A stretch of 64,000 nucleotides of DNA, from the IMG/VR virus record IMGVR_UViG_3300050159_000048, one strand, 5' to 3'. The DNA comes from a virus. Lineage: Duplodnaviria; Caudoviricetes. Shown one piece after another: positions 17,784-28,768 of this stretch. The translations under genes were made by a program, and so were the position numbers. Position 1 is the first letter of the stretch. Every line of letters begins with the position of its first letter. The notes beneath the pieces are model-generated. The model was given only the letters and a program-made list of their open reading frames with translations, was not told the DNA's origin and did no database searches.

Positions 17784-18839
17784 TTAGAGGCGCCGGTATT
17801 GTTGTATTAGTAGGGCGTTATCAATTTGGTCTGATTTGATGTCTGAGAGCATCTGAACAATCAAGTCATCAATCGTCGTTCCGTCTGTATCACCCGATGC
17901 TTCAGGAACATCAACGTCCGTTTCCGTTCCGCTGATGGCTTCGACAGCATCTTTGGGCTCTTCGTATGTGAATTCACGCAATTCAAATTGCTTCATCATT
18001 AGTTCCCGTAGATTGTTTGTCTCTTCAAGTGACAATTCCTCATCTAAGACACATTTCACCCGTGACTGAGGACGTATAATAATACCTCCATCCAGGATCT
18101 TTGACACCTTGAACCGGAGGTAAAGGGGAGCGTCCGGCCAATCTTGGAATGTTACATCGCGGATGGTATGGTCGTATACGGCCATACCTCGACTGTAATC
18201 ACCAACGTCACCAAAGTCCATTGGAAATGTGTTGCCGATGTATACAATGTTGTCCTTCTGCTGTCGTTGATGGAAATGGCCTGACAGAATGTGTTCTGGG
18301 CCCGCGAACTTTTTGTGGTCAGGTCCGTGTTGCATTACCATGCTGTAACCGGTAACGCGGAAACCTTGAAATTCGAAGTGTCCTGCCCAAAACGGTAGAC
18401 TCAGATACTCGTCCAGCTTGTCGTACTCTTCGTGAAATAGATACGGACTGAAAAAGGCCCCATCCCCTATTTCTGGAATAATCGTTGGGGTATCGATCAC
18501 ACGAAAATTCGAAAACTCCTGGAATGGTAGGACGGAGTAGATTTCTCGCGTATGTCGATGATACAGGTCGTGATTCCCAACAACAAAGTAAACTGGTAGA
18601 CCTAAGTCGTTTAGCATTTTTGCGCCAGTATACGAATACGTCAGAGTTGCTAGGTTGATGGCGCTACGGTTTTCATTCCAATCACCCAAGAACCCAACGT
18701 AATCGATCGTTGGATCGGCCCGCACTTGCTCACAAAACCACCGCAGGTGGTTTAGACAGTCTTGATTGTGTATTGGTGAGTTGGACTTCTTGCCGAAGTG
18801 GATGTCGGTAAGAAACGCACCTTTCTTCAGTTGTGTCAT
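17784..18839 (-). CDS. Recombination endonuclease nuclease subunit, gp47/SbcD/Mre11-like
   Basis: DIHFG, GD, GNHD and GHFH metallophosphoesterase motifs. Confidence 0.95.
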   Translation of the reverse strand: MTQLKKGAFLTDIHFGKKSNSPIHNQDCLNHLRWFCEQVRADPTIDYVGFLGDWNENRSAINLATLTYSYTGAKMLNDLGLPVYFVVGNHDLYHRHTREIYSVLPFQEFSNFRVIDTPTIIPEIGDGAFFSPYLFHEEYDKLDEYLSLPFWAGHFEFQGFRVTGYSMVMQHGPDHKKFAGPEHILSGHFHQRQQKDNIVYIGNTFPMDFGDVGDYSRGMAVYDHTIRDVTFQDWPDAPLYLRFKVSKILDGGIIIRPQSRVKCVLDEELSLEETNNLRELMMKQFELREFTYEEPKDAVEAISGTETDVDVPEASGDTDGTTIDDLIVQMLSDIKSDQIDNALLIQQYRRL

Positions 18840-19450
18840 GCCAAGCTGTCCTCGCTGCTATCAGCATCATCCAGCTCAACGGCTGCCAATTCGTCAGCCA
18901 TTTCCGCAACCTCTTGGTCAATGATTTCGCGACCATTCTCATCGCGTTCGATTGGAGCATCAATGAATTGAACCTTTTGTTGGCGCTCAATGCCAGACGA
19001 AAGAGTGTCGAAGTCTTGCTCATCTTCAATGTAGTGTCGATCACTACCATCTTCGTTGAAACCAAACGAAGGATTTAGCCCCTGTGCAATCATCATCTTG
19101 TCGCGCAACACACGATGTTTCTTTTCGTGCTTCAGATATTGTGAGAACGAGTTCTTAATGCACTGGGTGTAGAATGCGAATGGATTGCTACTGACTTCAG
19201 GATTGAAACTCTTCCAGGTTCGCACAATCATCATCATAGCGTACGCTTGCATGTCTTGATTGTATGAATAGCCGCTGTAACTGCCCTTCATAGCATACCG
19301 CGAACACAGCAATTGCAGCATCTTGGCGAATGTGTTGGACATTTCGCCCTTCTCCTGCGACGCCTTGTACTCAGCTAGCAGTTCCTTATTGTTGAGATAG
19401 ATCGTACGACCGTTTTGTGTAATTGATGTGGGGTAGTTTTTGGTTGCCAT
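18836..19450 (-). CDS. Late transcription sigma factor, gp55-like
   Basis: YLNNKELL, FNPEVSSNPFAFYTQCIKNSF. Start at ATG 19450 preferred. Confidence 0.88.
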   Translation of the reverse strand: MATKNYPTSITQNGRTIYLNNKELLAEYKASQEKGEMSNTFAKMLQLLCSRYAMKGSYSGYSYNQDMQAYAMMMIVRTWKSFNPEVSSNPFAFYTQCIKNSFSQYLKHEKKHRVLRDKMMIAQGLNPSFGFNEDGSDRHYIEDEQDFDTLSSGIERQQKVQFIDAPIERDENGREIIDQEVAEMADELAAVELDDADSSEDSLA

Positions 19451-19485
19451 GTGGTTTTTAACCTTCTTGGTGAGGTTTTGAGTTG

Positions 19486-19514
19486 ATAGTACGCCAAAAA
19501 ATTGGCAAGGGCAA
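19486..19514 (-). promoter_or_regulatory. sigma70 promoter of the gp55-gp47-gp46 operon
   Basis: TTGCCC-N17-TACTAT. Confidence 0.6.
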
Positions 19515-19517
19515 CGG

Positions 19518-19525
19518 GATAAATA
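19518..19525 (+). promoter_or_regulatory. Late promoter (GATAAATA)
   Basis: Upstream of the baseplate operon. Confidence 0.7.
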
Positions 19526-19552
19526 CAAAACCTAAAGAGAGTTGGTATCCGT

Positions 19553-20299
19553 ATGGCTTATGATTCAATAAACAACTACAAAGTGCGTCTAGTTCCTGTA
19601 TCCAAGTGGAAGTCGGGCGACATCACCACAATCCGACAATCCGGTGTTGTGTTCGAGGCAACGCCAAACTTCACAGAATCTCGGTCTGCTGAATATGAAG
19701 CGCTTGCTCCTATTCACATGCCTGGATCAATTCAGGTGTACAAACGAACAAACTCGCGGACATTCTCAATTGGTGCACACTTACTCTCGCGCAACGTTGA
19801 CGATGCGCGAACAAATATGCGCTACCTTCAACTGCTTCGTAGTTGGATGCTGCCGTACTTCGGTAAGACTGACACACTGCATGCAAACCAGCAAGCCAAT
19901 CGCGACTCACGTCGCCAATCCGGTAATTCCAGCGGCCAGACCCAGGAAGAACGTATCACCAGCGAAGGTGTACAGCTGCGGGGCGCTCCGCCTGACGTTC
20001 TGTTCTTGTATGCGTATTCCGCTAACCAAGACGGTCAACGCTCTATGAGCACGCCAATCATTAACATTGCCCGTGTTCCTGTGGTGATGACCAACTTAGA
20101 AATCACCTACCCTGAAGATGTTGATTATATTCCAGTTGCAGAGGTTGACGCGGATGGTCAACTGATCAACATGGACAAAGCACAACCATTCCCACGTAAG
20201 ATGGATGTCACAATCTCGCTGATTGAGACACACTCTCCGCGCGAGTACGAAGAATTTGACCTCTTGAGTTACAAGATGGGCAACCTAACAGGATTCTAA
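19553..20299 (+). CDS. Baseplate/tail tube initiator-like protein
   Basis: 248 aa, IHMPGSIQVYKRTNSRTFSI; first gene of the baseplate operon. Confidence 0.5.
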   Translation: MAYDSINNYKVRLVPVSKWKSGDITTIRQSGVVFEATPNFTESRSAEYEALAPIHMPGSIQVYKRTNSRTFSIGAHLLSRNVDDARTNMRYLQLLRSWMLPYFGKTDTLHANQQANRDSRRQSGNSSGQTQEERITSEGVQLRGAPPDVLFLYAYSANQDGQRSMSTPIINIARVPVVMTNLEITYPEDVDYIPVAEVDADGQLINMDKAQPFPRKMDVTISLIETHSPREYEEFDLLSYKMGNLTGF

Positions 20300-20300
20300 T

Positions 20301-20621
20301 ATGGCAACACGGTCAGACCAACAAAACGGCGGACGCTATCAAAAAGGTGGCACCTCAGAAGTTGTCAATGGTGGAATTCGGTGGTGGGAGCGCCGCATTT
20401 ATAAGAAGTCACCTACAGACATCAAGTACACAATCCCTCGTAGGTACCAACACCGGCCGGACCTACTAGCGTATGATTTGTACGGTAAAGCGTCAATGCA
20501 GTGGTTCATTCTGCAGTATAACACAATCATTGATATCATGGACGAATTTGTAGAGGGGGCTGAAATCTATCTCCCCACAACCGCTCGTCTATACGGCGAA
20601 ATCCTTTCGTCCTCAAAATAA
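20301..20621 (+). CDS. Baseplate wedge protein, gp53/LysM-like
   Basis: RPDLLAYDLYG...WFILQYN. Confidence 0.8.
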   Translation: MATRSDQQNGGRYQKGGTSEVVNGGIRWWERRIYKKSPTDIKYTIPRRYQHRPDLLAYDLYGKASMQWFILQYNTIIDIMDEFVEGAEIYLPTTARLYGEILSSSK

Positions 20622-20638
20622 CATAATCGGGACAGATA

Positions 20639-23575
20639 ATGTCAACACCCGCAAGTCGCTTAGCGAAATTCCGTTCATATAGCTACTACCACGTCCTAGC
20701 GATGTGCGATTGTAGCCAAACTGCAGACCTTTTATCAACAAAAGCTGACGTCAATGCTTGGATGCATGCAACGGACGCCACAAAAGCACCACCGCCAGCC
20801 AATACTTCATATGTTGGTGTTGAAGATTTGGGAATGTACGCCCCAAAACTGATCGACCCCAAGGTGGAGACGAGTGGCCGTTATGCGATCTTGATCAATG
20901 GATCAACCGACGCGTCATATGTAATCCAACGCGCTACTTGGTCAACACTAACAGCGTCGGGTGCCGTGCCGCGCGACCGCGGCACGTCAATTGCCGTTGA
21001 AGGCTCAATTTCTGTAGCTGAACCAAAGGGGGTTGCGTTCCTCGATCAGGTGGTTAAGTGCAGTATTGCACTCGGAGTTGACAGTTCACAAGTTGTATAC
21101 GTATTGAAGACGATCTTTGTTGGTCACCTGGATAATGGTGGTGAGGATCAATCCGCAGCCGTAATCTCGGACGTTCCGGGCCTGACTTTCATTGCGTATG
21201 ACGCGACAGGATCCTTCACAGAACGTGGTGGCGAATATGAGATGATGTTTGTTGGAGCTGGTCACGGCGCCGCCCGGTTGCCACAGTACAGCAAAGCAGT
21301 AAATTCGATGAACTTAACTGCTGGAGATAGTCTTGAGCAGACGCTCAAGAAACTGCAGGACAACATCAATGAAGGATACGACAAGTACTTTGATTGTGTG
21401 TATCAAACTGTGTCTCAGATGGAGGGTGGAGCAGAGCTAGCCAAGACGCTCCGCAAGGTGAAGTATGAGATTGAAGTAGGCCCAGATTACAAAGATGAGA
21501 CGGGTCAGATCAAGTACACAGTATCCAACCAAACAAACATCTATAAGAACGGTGCGGGCTGTAACGACAAAGCCCAAATCTCATTCCCAACACAGACAAG
21601 CATTGAGGGTGCAATTAGCACAATCATGCAGATGTGTCCACGAGTTCAAGAAGAAGCCGCTACAGGAGATGCGTCGGATAAGATCAAATACGAATACAAG
21701 ATCCACTCGGCGCTTGAATCACAGCCAGGCAACGACGGGTTGATGGACTACACCATCTACTACCGTGTTGAACGCTTCATTACTCCTAAGACCATTGCTG
21801 TCCAACCGGAGTTTGAAGTTCTAGCCACTACAAATGACGACCAGCTAAAGTCAGACCCCAAGTACAACATGTTGCGTCGCAACATTATTGAGTTTGACTA
21901 CATGTACACCGGCCGGAACATCGACGTTCTGGAGTTTGACATGAAGGTCAACCTTGGCATGGCTTATCTGCAGACCGCTACGCTATCAAACACATTTAAG
22001 GGCCAACGTGAACGCACCGCAAATGTGATGACACAGCCTGCTAACCAGGATTTGCAGAACGTTGGCACCAAGTTAGGTCAATTGGTGCAGACACCAGTGT
22101 TCTTCGGATCGCACATGAAGGCGCCTATGTTTGCGAACCAACAGAACGCAAGCAATGCCATTCAATCAGCGTATACGATGTCAAAACATGCGTCCTTGGA
22201 AGTCACAGAAGCTAGCATGACGATTGTGGGCAATGATCTGTTGCTTGGGTCCGCAAATGAGACGACTTCTCCTGCTGCTATCCGGCGTGCTGCAGCACGA
22301 AATACTACTGAAACAAATACTCCAACGGAAGCTAACTTTGCGGATTGGTCATATGTCCCTGCGTTTGCCAAAGTTCGCATCAAGATGCCTCGCAATAACA
22401 ATGATGTCGACCTGTTCACGGGATCAAACACAGCTGGAGCACGTGATGACTCGGTCGGGTCGACTGATTATGCGGTTGATTTTTGGTTTGACGGGTATTA
22501 CTATGTGTACGGGATGGACCACATTTTTGACAATGGTGTGTTTACGCAAAAGTTGCAGATGCTTGGAATTCCGAAGCGTAGCGCTTTCGAGGCTTCGAAG
22601 ACCAACGCCACTAGGAGCGTGAGCGCCCCTGCCTCAGTTGACTCGTGCTTCAACAATGCAGTTGGCTGCGGTGCTACAGGTACGGCTGGCTCTGTTTCGT
22701 CCAATCAACCAACTGTTGCTGTTCCTACGACACCTCCGTCAGGATCAACCCAACCAACTAACCGCCAAGACTCTCAGACCGTCAATTCTGGCGCTAAATC
22801 ACCGTCGGATGTGCGTGGGTGGGACAGTGCTGATCCGTCGGTTCGTTCTGCTATCGTGGATGCTGCAAACCGGTACGGTGTGAATGTAGTAACACTGGCA
22901 CAGTTTGCCGCGCAAGAATCCAGCATGGGTCGGAATCTCCGCGCTCCTTCGTCTTCTGCTGTTGGCTTGTTCCAATTCATCGAGAGTACGTGGAAGTCCA
23001 TGGTAAACCAAGGAAAGGTGATCGGACTATCAGACCCAAATCCTGCACTTCGCATGAACCATACATATAATGCGTATGCTGGAGCTGCGTTCTTACGTGA
23101 CAACACAGCAGCAGTTAACTCAAATGAGGTTGGTGACCTGTACCTTGCACACTTTTTAGGTCCGGGTGCAGCTCGTCGAGTGGTTGACGCTGACCGCGGC
23201 GGTCGTGGTAGTGTTGATCTTGCAATAATCATGGACGGGTTGTTTAGGAACAAGACGGGTGCTGAGTGGGCTGCAGGCGTTCGTCGTGCAAACCCAACGG
23301 TTCCACTGACCAATTCAACCGAACTGCGTAACTGGGCTGCTCGGACGATGGCAAAGACTCTCAAGCAAGGCGTAGCGGTAGCCTCACAACAAACAGCTAC
23401 CCCTCCAGCATCTGCGGCTGGCGCTCCGCAAGCTTCAACAAGCGCTACCCCGCAGGTTGAACAACGCCGCACAGCTGGTCAGCCAGTGTCTGCGGTGCAA
23501 GACTGCAACACTCAAGCAGCCAAACAAGACAACAGCCCGTCGGGTTGTGGTCCACGTGCAGAAGACAAGAAATAA
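20639..23575 (+). CDS. Baseplate hub protein with C-terminal lytic transglycosylase domain
   Basis: 978 aa. AQESS...AVGLFQFIESTW...YLAHFLGPG near the C-terminus. Confidence 0.75.
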   Translation: MSTPASRLAKFRSYSYYHVLAMCDCSQTADLLSTKADVNAWMHATDATKAPPPANTSYVGVEDLGMYAPKLIDPKVETSGRYAILINGSTDASYVIQRATWSTLTASGAVPRDRGTSIAVEGSISVAEPKGVAFLDQVVKCSIALGVDSSQVVYVLKTIFVGHLDNGGEDQSAAVISDVPGLTFIAYDATGSFTERGGEYEMMFVGAGHGAARLPQYSKAVNSMNLTAGDSLEQTLKKLQDNINEGYDKYFDCVYQTVSQMEGGAELAKTLRKVKYEIEVGPDYKDETGQIKYTVSNQTNIYKNGAGCNDKAQISFPTQTSIEGAISTIMQMCPRVQEEAATGDASDKIKYEYKIHSALESQPGNDGLMDYTIYYRVERFITPKTIAVQPEFEVLATTNDDQLKSDPKYNMLRRNIIEFDYMYTGRNIDVLEFDMKVNLGMAYLQTATLSNTFKGQRERTANVMTQPANQDLQNVGTKLGQLVQTPVFFGSHMKAPMFANQQNASNAIQSAYTMSKHASLEVTEASMTIVGNDLLLGSANETTSPAAIRRAAARNTTETNTPTEANFADWSYVPAFAKVRIKMPRNNNDVDLFTGSNTAGARDDSVGSTDYAVDFWFDGYYYVYGMDHIFDNGVFTQKLQMLGIPKRSAFEASKTNATRSVSAPASVDSCFNNAVGCGATGTAGSVSSNQPTVAVPTTPPSGSTQPTNRQDSQTVNSGAKSPSDVRGWDSADPSVRSAIVDAANRYGVNVVTLAQFAAQESSMGRNLRAPSSSAVGLFQFIESTWKSMVNQGKVIGLSDPNPALRMNHTYNAYAGAAFLRDNTAAVNSNEVGDLYLAHFLGPGAARRVVDADRGGRGSVDLAIIMDGLFRNKTGAEWAAGVRRANPTVPLTNSTELRNWAARTMAKTLKQGVAVASQQTATPPASAAGAPQASTSATPQVEQRRTAGQPVSAVQDCNTQAAKQDNSPSGCGPRAEDKK

Positions 23576-23584
23576 GAGAACAAG

Positions 23585-25021
23585 ATGGCCCGCTCAACAC
23601 AACAACACGATATTTTTCAAGCTGGAGCAAACTCGTCTGATACGCTTCAGACTATCACCATTGGCATGGTTGTAGACACCAACGACCCGCAACAAATGGG
23701 TCGTGTTCGTGTAGTCTGTCCTGTTTGGGGAGATAGTTGGAATAACGTGGTGGAAGATTTGCCGTGGGCAATCTATATGTCACCGTTTGGTGGACAGGTA
23801 CAGGTAGGAACGCGCGGCCCCGGCATTCAGGAGTCTGGGGGCGGTATCGCTTACGGCATGTGGGCAATTCCTAAAGTTGGCTCACAAGTAGCTGTGGTTT
23901 GTGTTGACGGTAACCCACAGACGCGGATGTATATTGGTTGCATTTACGATCAGTTCACTCCACACACAATGCCGCACGGCCGCTTCATGTACGATGACCA
24001 CCCCGAGTTGGAAAAAACATCTGGGGCTCCCGCTCCGTACGGTCCGTACACGTCTGCGGAAAAGTACATTCAACCACTTGCTGACAATCAAAAGCAAGCG
24101 TTCGGTCACCAAGAGGAGCCGAATTATGAGTTCCGTACTCGTGCTGCTGACTTCTCTGTGTCGCGAGTTGACATTGCCCAAATTGATCAAACGTATAGCA
24201 AGGTGCAGGACGACAAAGATGTCACCCACGACGGTTGGACAAACACACAAGGTTACCAAGCAAGCCGCACTGACCCGCATGCACAGTCATCCCTAACCGA
24301 CAAGAACTATGATTCCATGGTAACATCTGTGGTATCTGCTGGATTCCATGCAATCTCAATGGATGACCGTCAGGAAAACTGCCGTATCCGCATCCGTACT
24401 ACTTCAGGTCATCAGATTCTATTGGATGACACAAACGAGCGAATCTACATATCAACCGCTCGAGGTAATAATTGGATCGAATTGGACCAGAACGGTAACG
24501 TCGATATCTACTCTGCAAACAAGCTAAATGTACATGCGGAAAAGGAGATTAACTTTACGTCTGATGAAACCGTGCGAATCTACGGCAAAAAGGGCGTCCA
24601 CATCAAGTCGGATACGGAAGTGCGTGTAGAAGCAACAGAAGATTTGCACCTGAAAGCTGGAGCAAATGTTCGTACACAGGCTGGATCTACGTTATACCTA
24701 CAATCAGGCAGCAACTTGAATGTGAAATCTGGTAGTGCTCTGAACCTACAATCAGGCGGTGCAACAAACATTCTGGCGGGTGGTGCTATTGTTCAAACTG
24801 GCTCTGCAATTCATTTGAACGGACCTGGAGCAGGCTCCGCATCCGCTGCTGGAAGCAAATCAGCGTTGTGGACAAATCGTGTTCCAGCTCATGAACCATG
24901 GGCTCGCACAATGACTAAGTCTGACCAAACACATTCTCCTGAGTTTGGATATGCTGACTCCAGCGTTAACCGAGTAGAACGTGGCGTTGAAACAACTCGA
25001 GGAATGTTCTGGAGGCGTTGA
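23585..25021 (+). CDS. Baseplate central spike, gp5/VgrG-like
   Basis: GMVVDTNDPQQMGRVRV OB fold; C-terminal short beta-repeats. Confidence 0.88.
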   Translation: MARSTQQHDIFQAGANSSDTLQTITIGMVVDTNDPQQMGRVRVVCPVWGDSWNNVVEDLPWAIYMSPFGGQVQVGTRGPGIQESGGGIAYGMWAIPKVGSQVAVVCVDGNPQTRMYIGCIYDQFTPHTMPHGRFMYDDHPELEKTSGAPAPYGPYTSAEKYIQPLADNQKQAFGHQEEPNYEFRTRAADFSVSRVDIAQIDQTYSKVQDDKDVTHDGWTNTQGYQASRTDPHAQSSLTDKNYDSMVTSVVSAGFHAISMDDRQENCRIRIRTTSGHQILLDDTNERIYISTARGNNWIELDQNGNVDIYSANKLNVHAEKEINFTSDETVRIYGKKGVHIKSDTEVRVEATEDLHLKAGANVRTQAGSTLYLQSGSNLNVKSGSALNLQSGGATNILAGGAIVQTGSAIHLNGPGAGSASAAGSKSALWTNRVPAHEPWARTMTKSDQTHSPEFGYADSSVNRVERGVETTRGMFWRR

Positions 25022-25039
25022 TGGTGGGATGTCTCCGTA

Positions 25040-25047
25040 GATAAATA
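25040..25047 (+). promoter_or_regulatory. Late promoter (GATAAATA)
   Basis: Upstream of gp25. Confidence 0.7.
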
Positions 25048-25067
25048 CTGAAAACCATTGAGGCATT

Positions 25068-25451
25068 ATGATTAAAGGTCTTTACCGCGGCTACTCATCC
25101 CACGAGTACCAAAACAACAAACGATTCAACCTCACTGACGTAGAGTTGGTGAAGTTGGATCTGCTCAATCACATCTTCACTCGTCGGGGTGAACGGGTGA
25201 TGATGCCTACGTTTGGTACCCGGATCCCCGACCTGCCTTTTGAACCTCTAGATCAACTGACCTTGGACGTACTAGAGGAAGACCTGCGCGCAGTATTCAC
25301 CTTCGATCCAAGGGTTGAGCTACTAAAACTAAACATCATTCCACTGTATGATCAAAATGCTGTAATTGCCAGCGCTCGCCTGCAATACATTGAGCTGAAT
25401 ATGGTGGACAATCTAGATATCAACCTCGTTTTTGAAGGTACTACACAATGA
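25068..25451 (+). CDS. Baseplate wedge protein gp25-like
   Basis: TRRGERVMMPTFGTRI, FDPRV. Confidence 0.9.
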   Translation: MIKGLYRGYSSHEYQNNKRFNLTDVELVKLDLLNHIFTRRGERVMMPTFGTRIPDLPFEPLDQLTLDVLEEDLRAVFTFDPRVELLKLNIIPLYDQNAVIASARLQYIELNMVDNLDINLVFEGTTQ

Positions 25452-28400
25452 GCCGACTAGTCGCAAGAGCCGAATCATGGGAGCGCGCGTACGAAGCATT
25501 CCAAGACATCAACTTTGCAGCGTTTGACTATGATACAGTCAAACGTAGCATCCTTGACTACGTCAAGCTACACTTTCCTGAGACATTCAATGACTTCATT
25601 GAATCAAGTGAGTTCGTTGCAATCGTAGAAGCCTTTGCGTATATCGCTGAATTGATGGCGTATCGCATTGATGTAACCGCGCATGAAAACTTCATTAGCA
25701 CTGCTCAACGCAAGGACTCGATCCTGCGTTTGGCAAAGCTCGTATCCTACTCAGCATCACGGGCATTACCTGCACGTGGTCTGGTTAAGATCACATCTGT
25801 ATCAACCACTGAAACTGTAATTGACGCAAATGGTATCAACCTTGCGAATCGCACAATCCGTTGGAATGATACAAGCAACTCGAATTGGAAGGATCAGTTC
25901 ATCCTGGTGATGAACCGCGTGTTGGAGCAAGAGTTTGGCACTGTAAGCCCAACTGATCGTTTCCAAATTCAGGACGTGTTGTTTGAAACGTATACGTGGA
26001 ATCTAACTCCGCTGTCAAACGGTGTATTCACATACACTGCAACGATCAACGGCACGGCAGCTCCGTTGGAGCTGATCCCTGTTGCGTATGATTCCAAGCT
26101 TGGAATCATCGAACGTCGTCCTCAAAACAACACAAACTTCTCATTTGTGTACGGCCAAGATGGCCTTGGTGATGGTTCTGACACAACTGGCTTCTTTTGT
26201 TTCACAAAACAAGGTCAGCTGCAACGTTTCCGCACCACATTCGACGGAGTGACGCCAAACCAAACATATGACGTCACTGTATCAAACGTAAATGACACCG
26301 ACATCTGGGTTAACGCGGTAGACGCATCAACCGGTGCAACTAAAGACGAACCGTCCTTGCTACCATATCGCCGTGAAACCCTACAAGGTAAGTCAGGTGA
26401 GTGGGTACAGGTTGACTTAGCTCACGCGCAGAACGTCATATTCAACACAAACCCACGCCGCAACAAGTACGAAATCGAAACACGTTCTGATAACAGTGTA
26501 CGCATCCTGTTTGGTGACGGTGAGTTTGCAGACGTTCCTAACGGAACCTTCGATATTTGGGTTCGTACGTCGCTTGATGCAGACATTGTTGTTCCGCAAG
26601 CCTCTGTTGTCAACACACCTGCAACGTTCACATATACTGACTCGTTTGGCCGCATCCAGACATTCACGTTCACATTCTCTTTGATCAACTCTCTGCAGAA
26701 TGCTTCTGCGTCGGAAACGATCGAACACGTTCGGGTCACAGCTCCTGCTGTGTACTACTCCCAAGACCGCATGGTTAACGGCGAAGATTACAACGTGTAT
26801 ATGCTTCAGGATCCATCAATTCTGAAATTGCGTTCGCTGAACCGCACGTTTGCTGGTGATTCAAAGTTCATTCCGTGGCATGACGCCTCAACCACATATG
26901 AAAATGTGAAGATTTTCGGTGATGATGGTATTTTGTACTTCCAAAACATAGGAAACACCACAACAACGCCAATTGTTGACCTCACATCTCTGATCACGAC
27001 ATATATTGAGCCGCTGCTATCGTCAACTGACATCTTCCTACAGCTTGTCAGCTTGGGTGTGCCCGTTGCTTCGTACCGTCGAGTGTTTAATGCAAACGAA
27101 CGCGTTCGTATCCAAGCAGCGCTAACACCACCCCCAGTCCCTGCTAAGGCCGAGTTGTATTACAACCTGACGACGTTTGAATGGTACGCAATCAAGGAAT
27201 CGGAAGATCCAGCTGTTGCCCTGGCTAGCTATGGATGGAGCTCTGGACAATTCCACACCACGCCTCTGATCATCGTCAACCAATCGTCAATCTACGAGAC
27301 TAGCTACAACGTTACTCGCAACGCTCGTCGTATGGTGTTCCAGAGTCAAACAACACAATTTTGGAACACAAATCAATCAGAGCGTGTGATCGATTATGAC
27401 ACCCTTCGATCTAGCTACGATCAGGTGGTTGTCATGCAAGCCAACGTCAACTACAACCGAACCGGTGTTCTTCAACAGAACTGGAAGTTTGACGTTCTAA
27501 GCCAAGAGCTGATTGATAGCGGCACCAATGCTGGATTGCCTGACCCGCAGCGCCTGTCAGTCATTCCGTCGGATGAGAACCAAGACGGTATTCCTGACTA
27601 CCTAACAGTGGATGAAGCGGTGTATCACTACGGTGTTGCTGATATTATGATGCCTAAGTACACCACTACTGTGCCGAGCATCCCAGTTAACGGCAGCGTT
27701 GACCTAGTGTTACCAATCCCGTACTTGTATAGTGTTGACAACTTGGTTCGTCGTCAAGACAACAATATCCAGAACCCCGCATCAATTGACTACACGCCCG
27801 ACGTTCGCCTGTACCGTAAGGTATCCGGTAGTTGGGTAGAGATTCCAAATCGCCCCGATGCCGGCATGATCTCAATTGACACATACTGGGGGGTTCCAAA
27901 GTCACAAACTCAATTTGTATGGAACAAGATTCGTCTGTACTACCCAATTGTAGCTTTGGCGGGAGGTGTTGGCTCTGAGTTGATGATTAAGGTCAACGAC
28001 TACGTGTACTTTAGCCGCGCATCTCAGACAAGTGAGTGGGTGCCTGCTGACACGACCGTTGACTCAATGGCACAATATGCAAATGATGCTCTCACAGGAA
28101 CCTCGTTGTGGAAGCGTCTTGAGGGCCGGTCGAACTTGAACTTTGCGTGGCTACACTACTCCCCACGTTACCACTTGGTAGACCCATCGCCGTCGAACAT
28201 CATCGACACGTATGTTATCACCAAGGGGTACTACATGGCAATGAAGCGTTGGTTGGAGGATCCTCTGGCAACAGCTCCGTCAGCAGTAACGCCACTTGAG
28301 CTGCGCACATCATACGGATACTTGCTTGATAACAAGATGATCTCCGACACAGTTGTCTTGCGCCCAGGCAATATTAAGTTGATGTTTGGGTCAAAAGCCA

Positions 28401-28747
28401 CTGCGGCGATGCAGGCTACGTTCAAGGTTATCCGGTCAGCTGACAAGACACTAACCGACAACCAGATCAAGACAATCATCGTAACCACCATTCGTAACTA
28501 CTTTGATATCACGCGCTGGGAGTTCGGTGAGACGTTCTACTTCACAGAGTTGGCTGCCGCAATCCACGCAGCGCTACCTACAGAAATCTCGTCAGTTGTG
28601 TTGGTTCCAAAGTATGAATCTAACCAATTCGGCGACATGTTCCAGGTGCTGGCGCGTGAGGATGAGGTCCTGTATCCAGACATATCTGTCAGCAATGTTG
28701 AGATTGTGTCAGGATACAACTCAACGAACCTGCGACTGAATGGCTAA
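25448..28747 (+). CDS. Baseplate wedge protein gp6-like
   Basis: FNDFIESSEF, ENFISTAQRKDSILRLAKLVSY, FGDGEF, QDRMVNGEDY. Confidence 0.88.
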   Translation: MSRLVARAESWERAYEAFQDINFAAFDYDTVKRSILDYVKLHFPETFNDFIESSEFVAIVEAFAYIAELMAYRIDVTAHENFISTAQRKDSILRLAKLVSYSASRALPARGLVKITSVSTTETVIDANGINLANRTIRWNDTSNSNWKDQFILVMNRVLEQEFGTVSPTDRFQIQDVLFETYTWNLTPLSNGVFTYTATINGTAAPLELIPVAYDSKLGIIERRPQNNTNFSFVYGQDGLGDGSDTTGFFCFTKQGQLQRFRTTFDGVTPNQTYDVTVSNVNDTDIWVNAVDASTGATKDEPSLLPYRRETLQGKSGEWVQVDLAHAQNVIFNTNPRRNKYEIETRSDNSVRILFGDGEFADVPNGTFDIWVRTSLDADIVVPQASVVNTPATFTYTDSFGRIQTFTFTFSLINSLQNASASETIEHVRVTAPAVYYSQDRMVNGEDYNVYMLQDPSILKLRSLNRTFAGDSKFIPWHDASTTYENVKIFGDDGILYFQNIGNTTTTPIVDLTSLITTYIEPLLSSTDIFLQLVSLGVPVASYRRVFNANERVRIQAALTPPPVPAKAELYYNLTTFEWYAIKESEDPAVALASYGWSSGQFHTTPLIIVNQSSIYETSYNVTRNARRMVFQSQTTQFWNTNQSERVIDYDTLRSSYDQVVVMQANVNYNRTGVLQQNWKFDVLSQELIDSGTNAGLPDPQRLSVIPSDENQDGIPDYLTVDEAVYHYGVADIMMPKYTTTVPSIPVNGSVDLVLPIPYLYSVDNLVRRQDNNIQNPASIDYTPDVRLYRKVSGSWVEIPNRPDAGMISIDTYWGVPKSQTQFVWNKIRLYYPIVALAGGVGSELMIKVNDYVYFSRASQTSEWVPADTTVDSMAQYANDALTGTSLWKRLEGRSNLNFAWLHYSPRYHLVDPSPSNIIDTYVITKGYYMAMKRWLEDPLATAPSAVTPLELRTSYGYLLDNKMISDTVVLRPGNIKLMFGSKATAAMQATFKVIRSADKTLTDNQIKTIIVTTIRNYFDITRWEFGETFYFTELAAAIHAALPTEISSVVLVPKYESNQFGDMFQVLAREDEVLYPDISVSNVEIVSGYNSTNLRLNG

Positions 28748-28768
28748 CACCCGGTAAAAAACGTCCAA

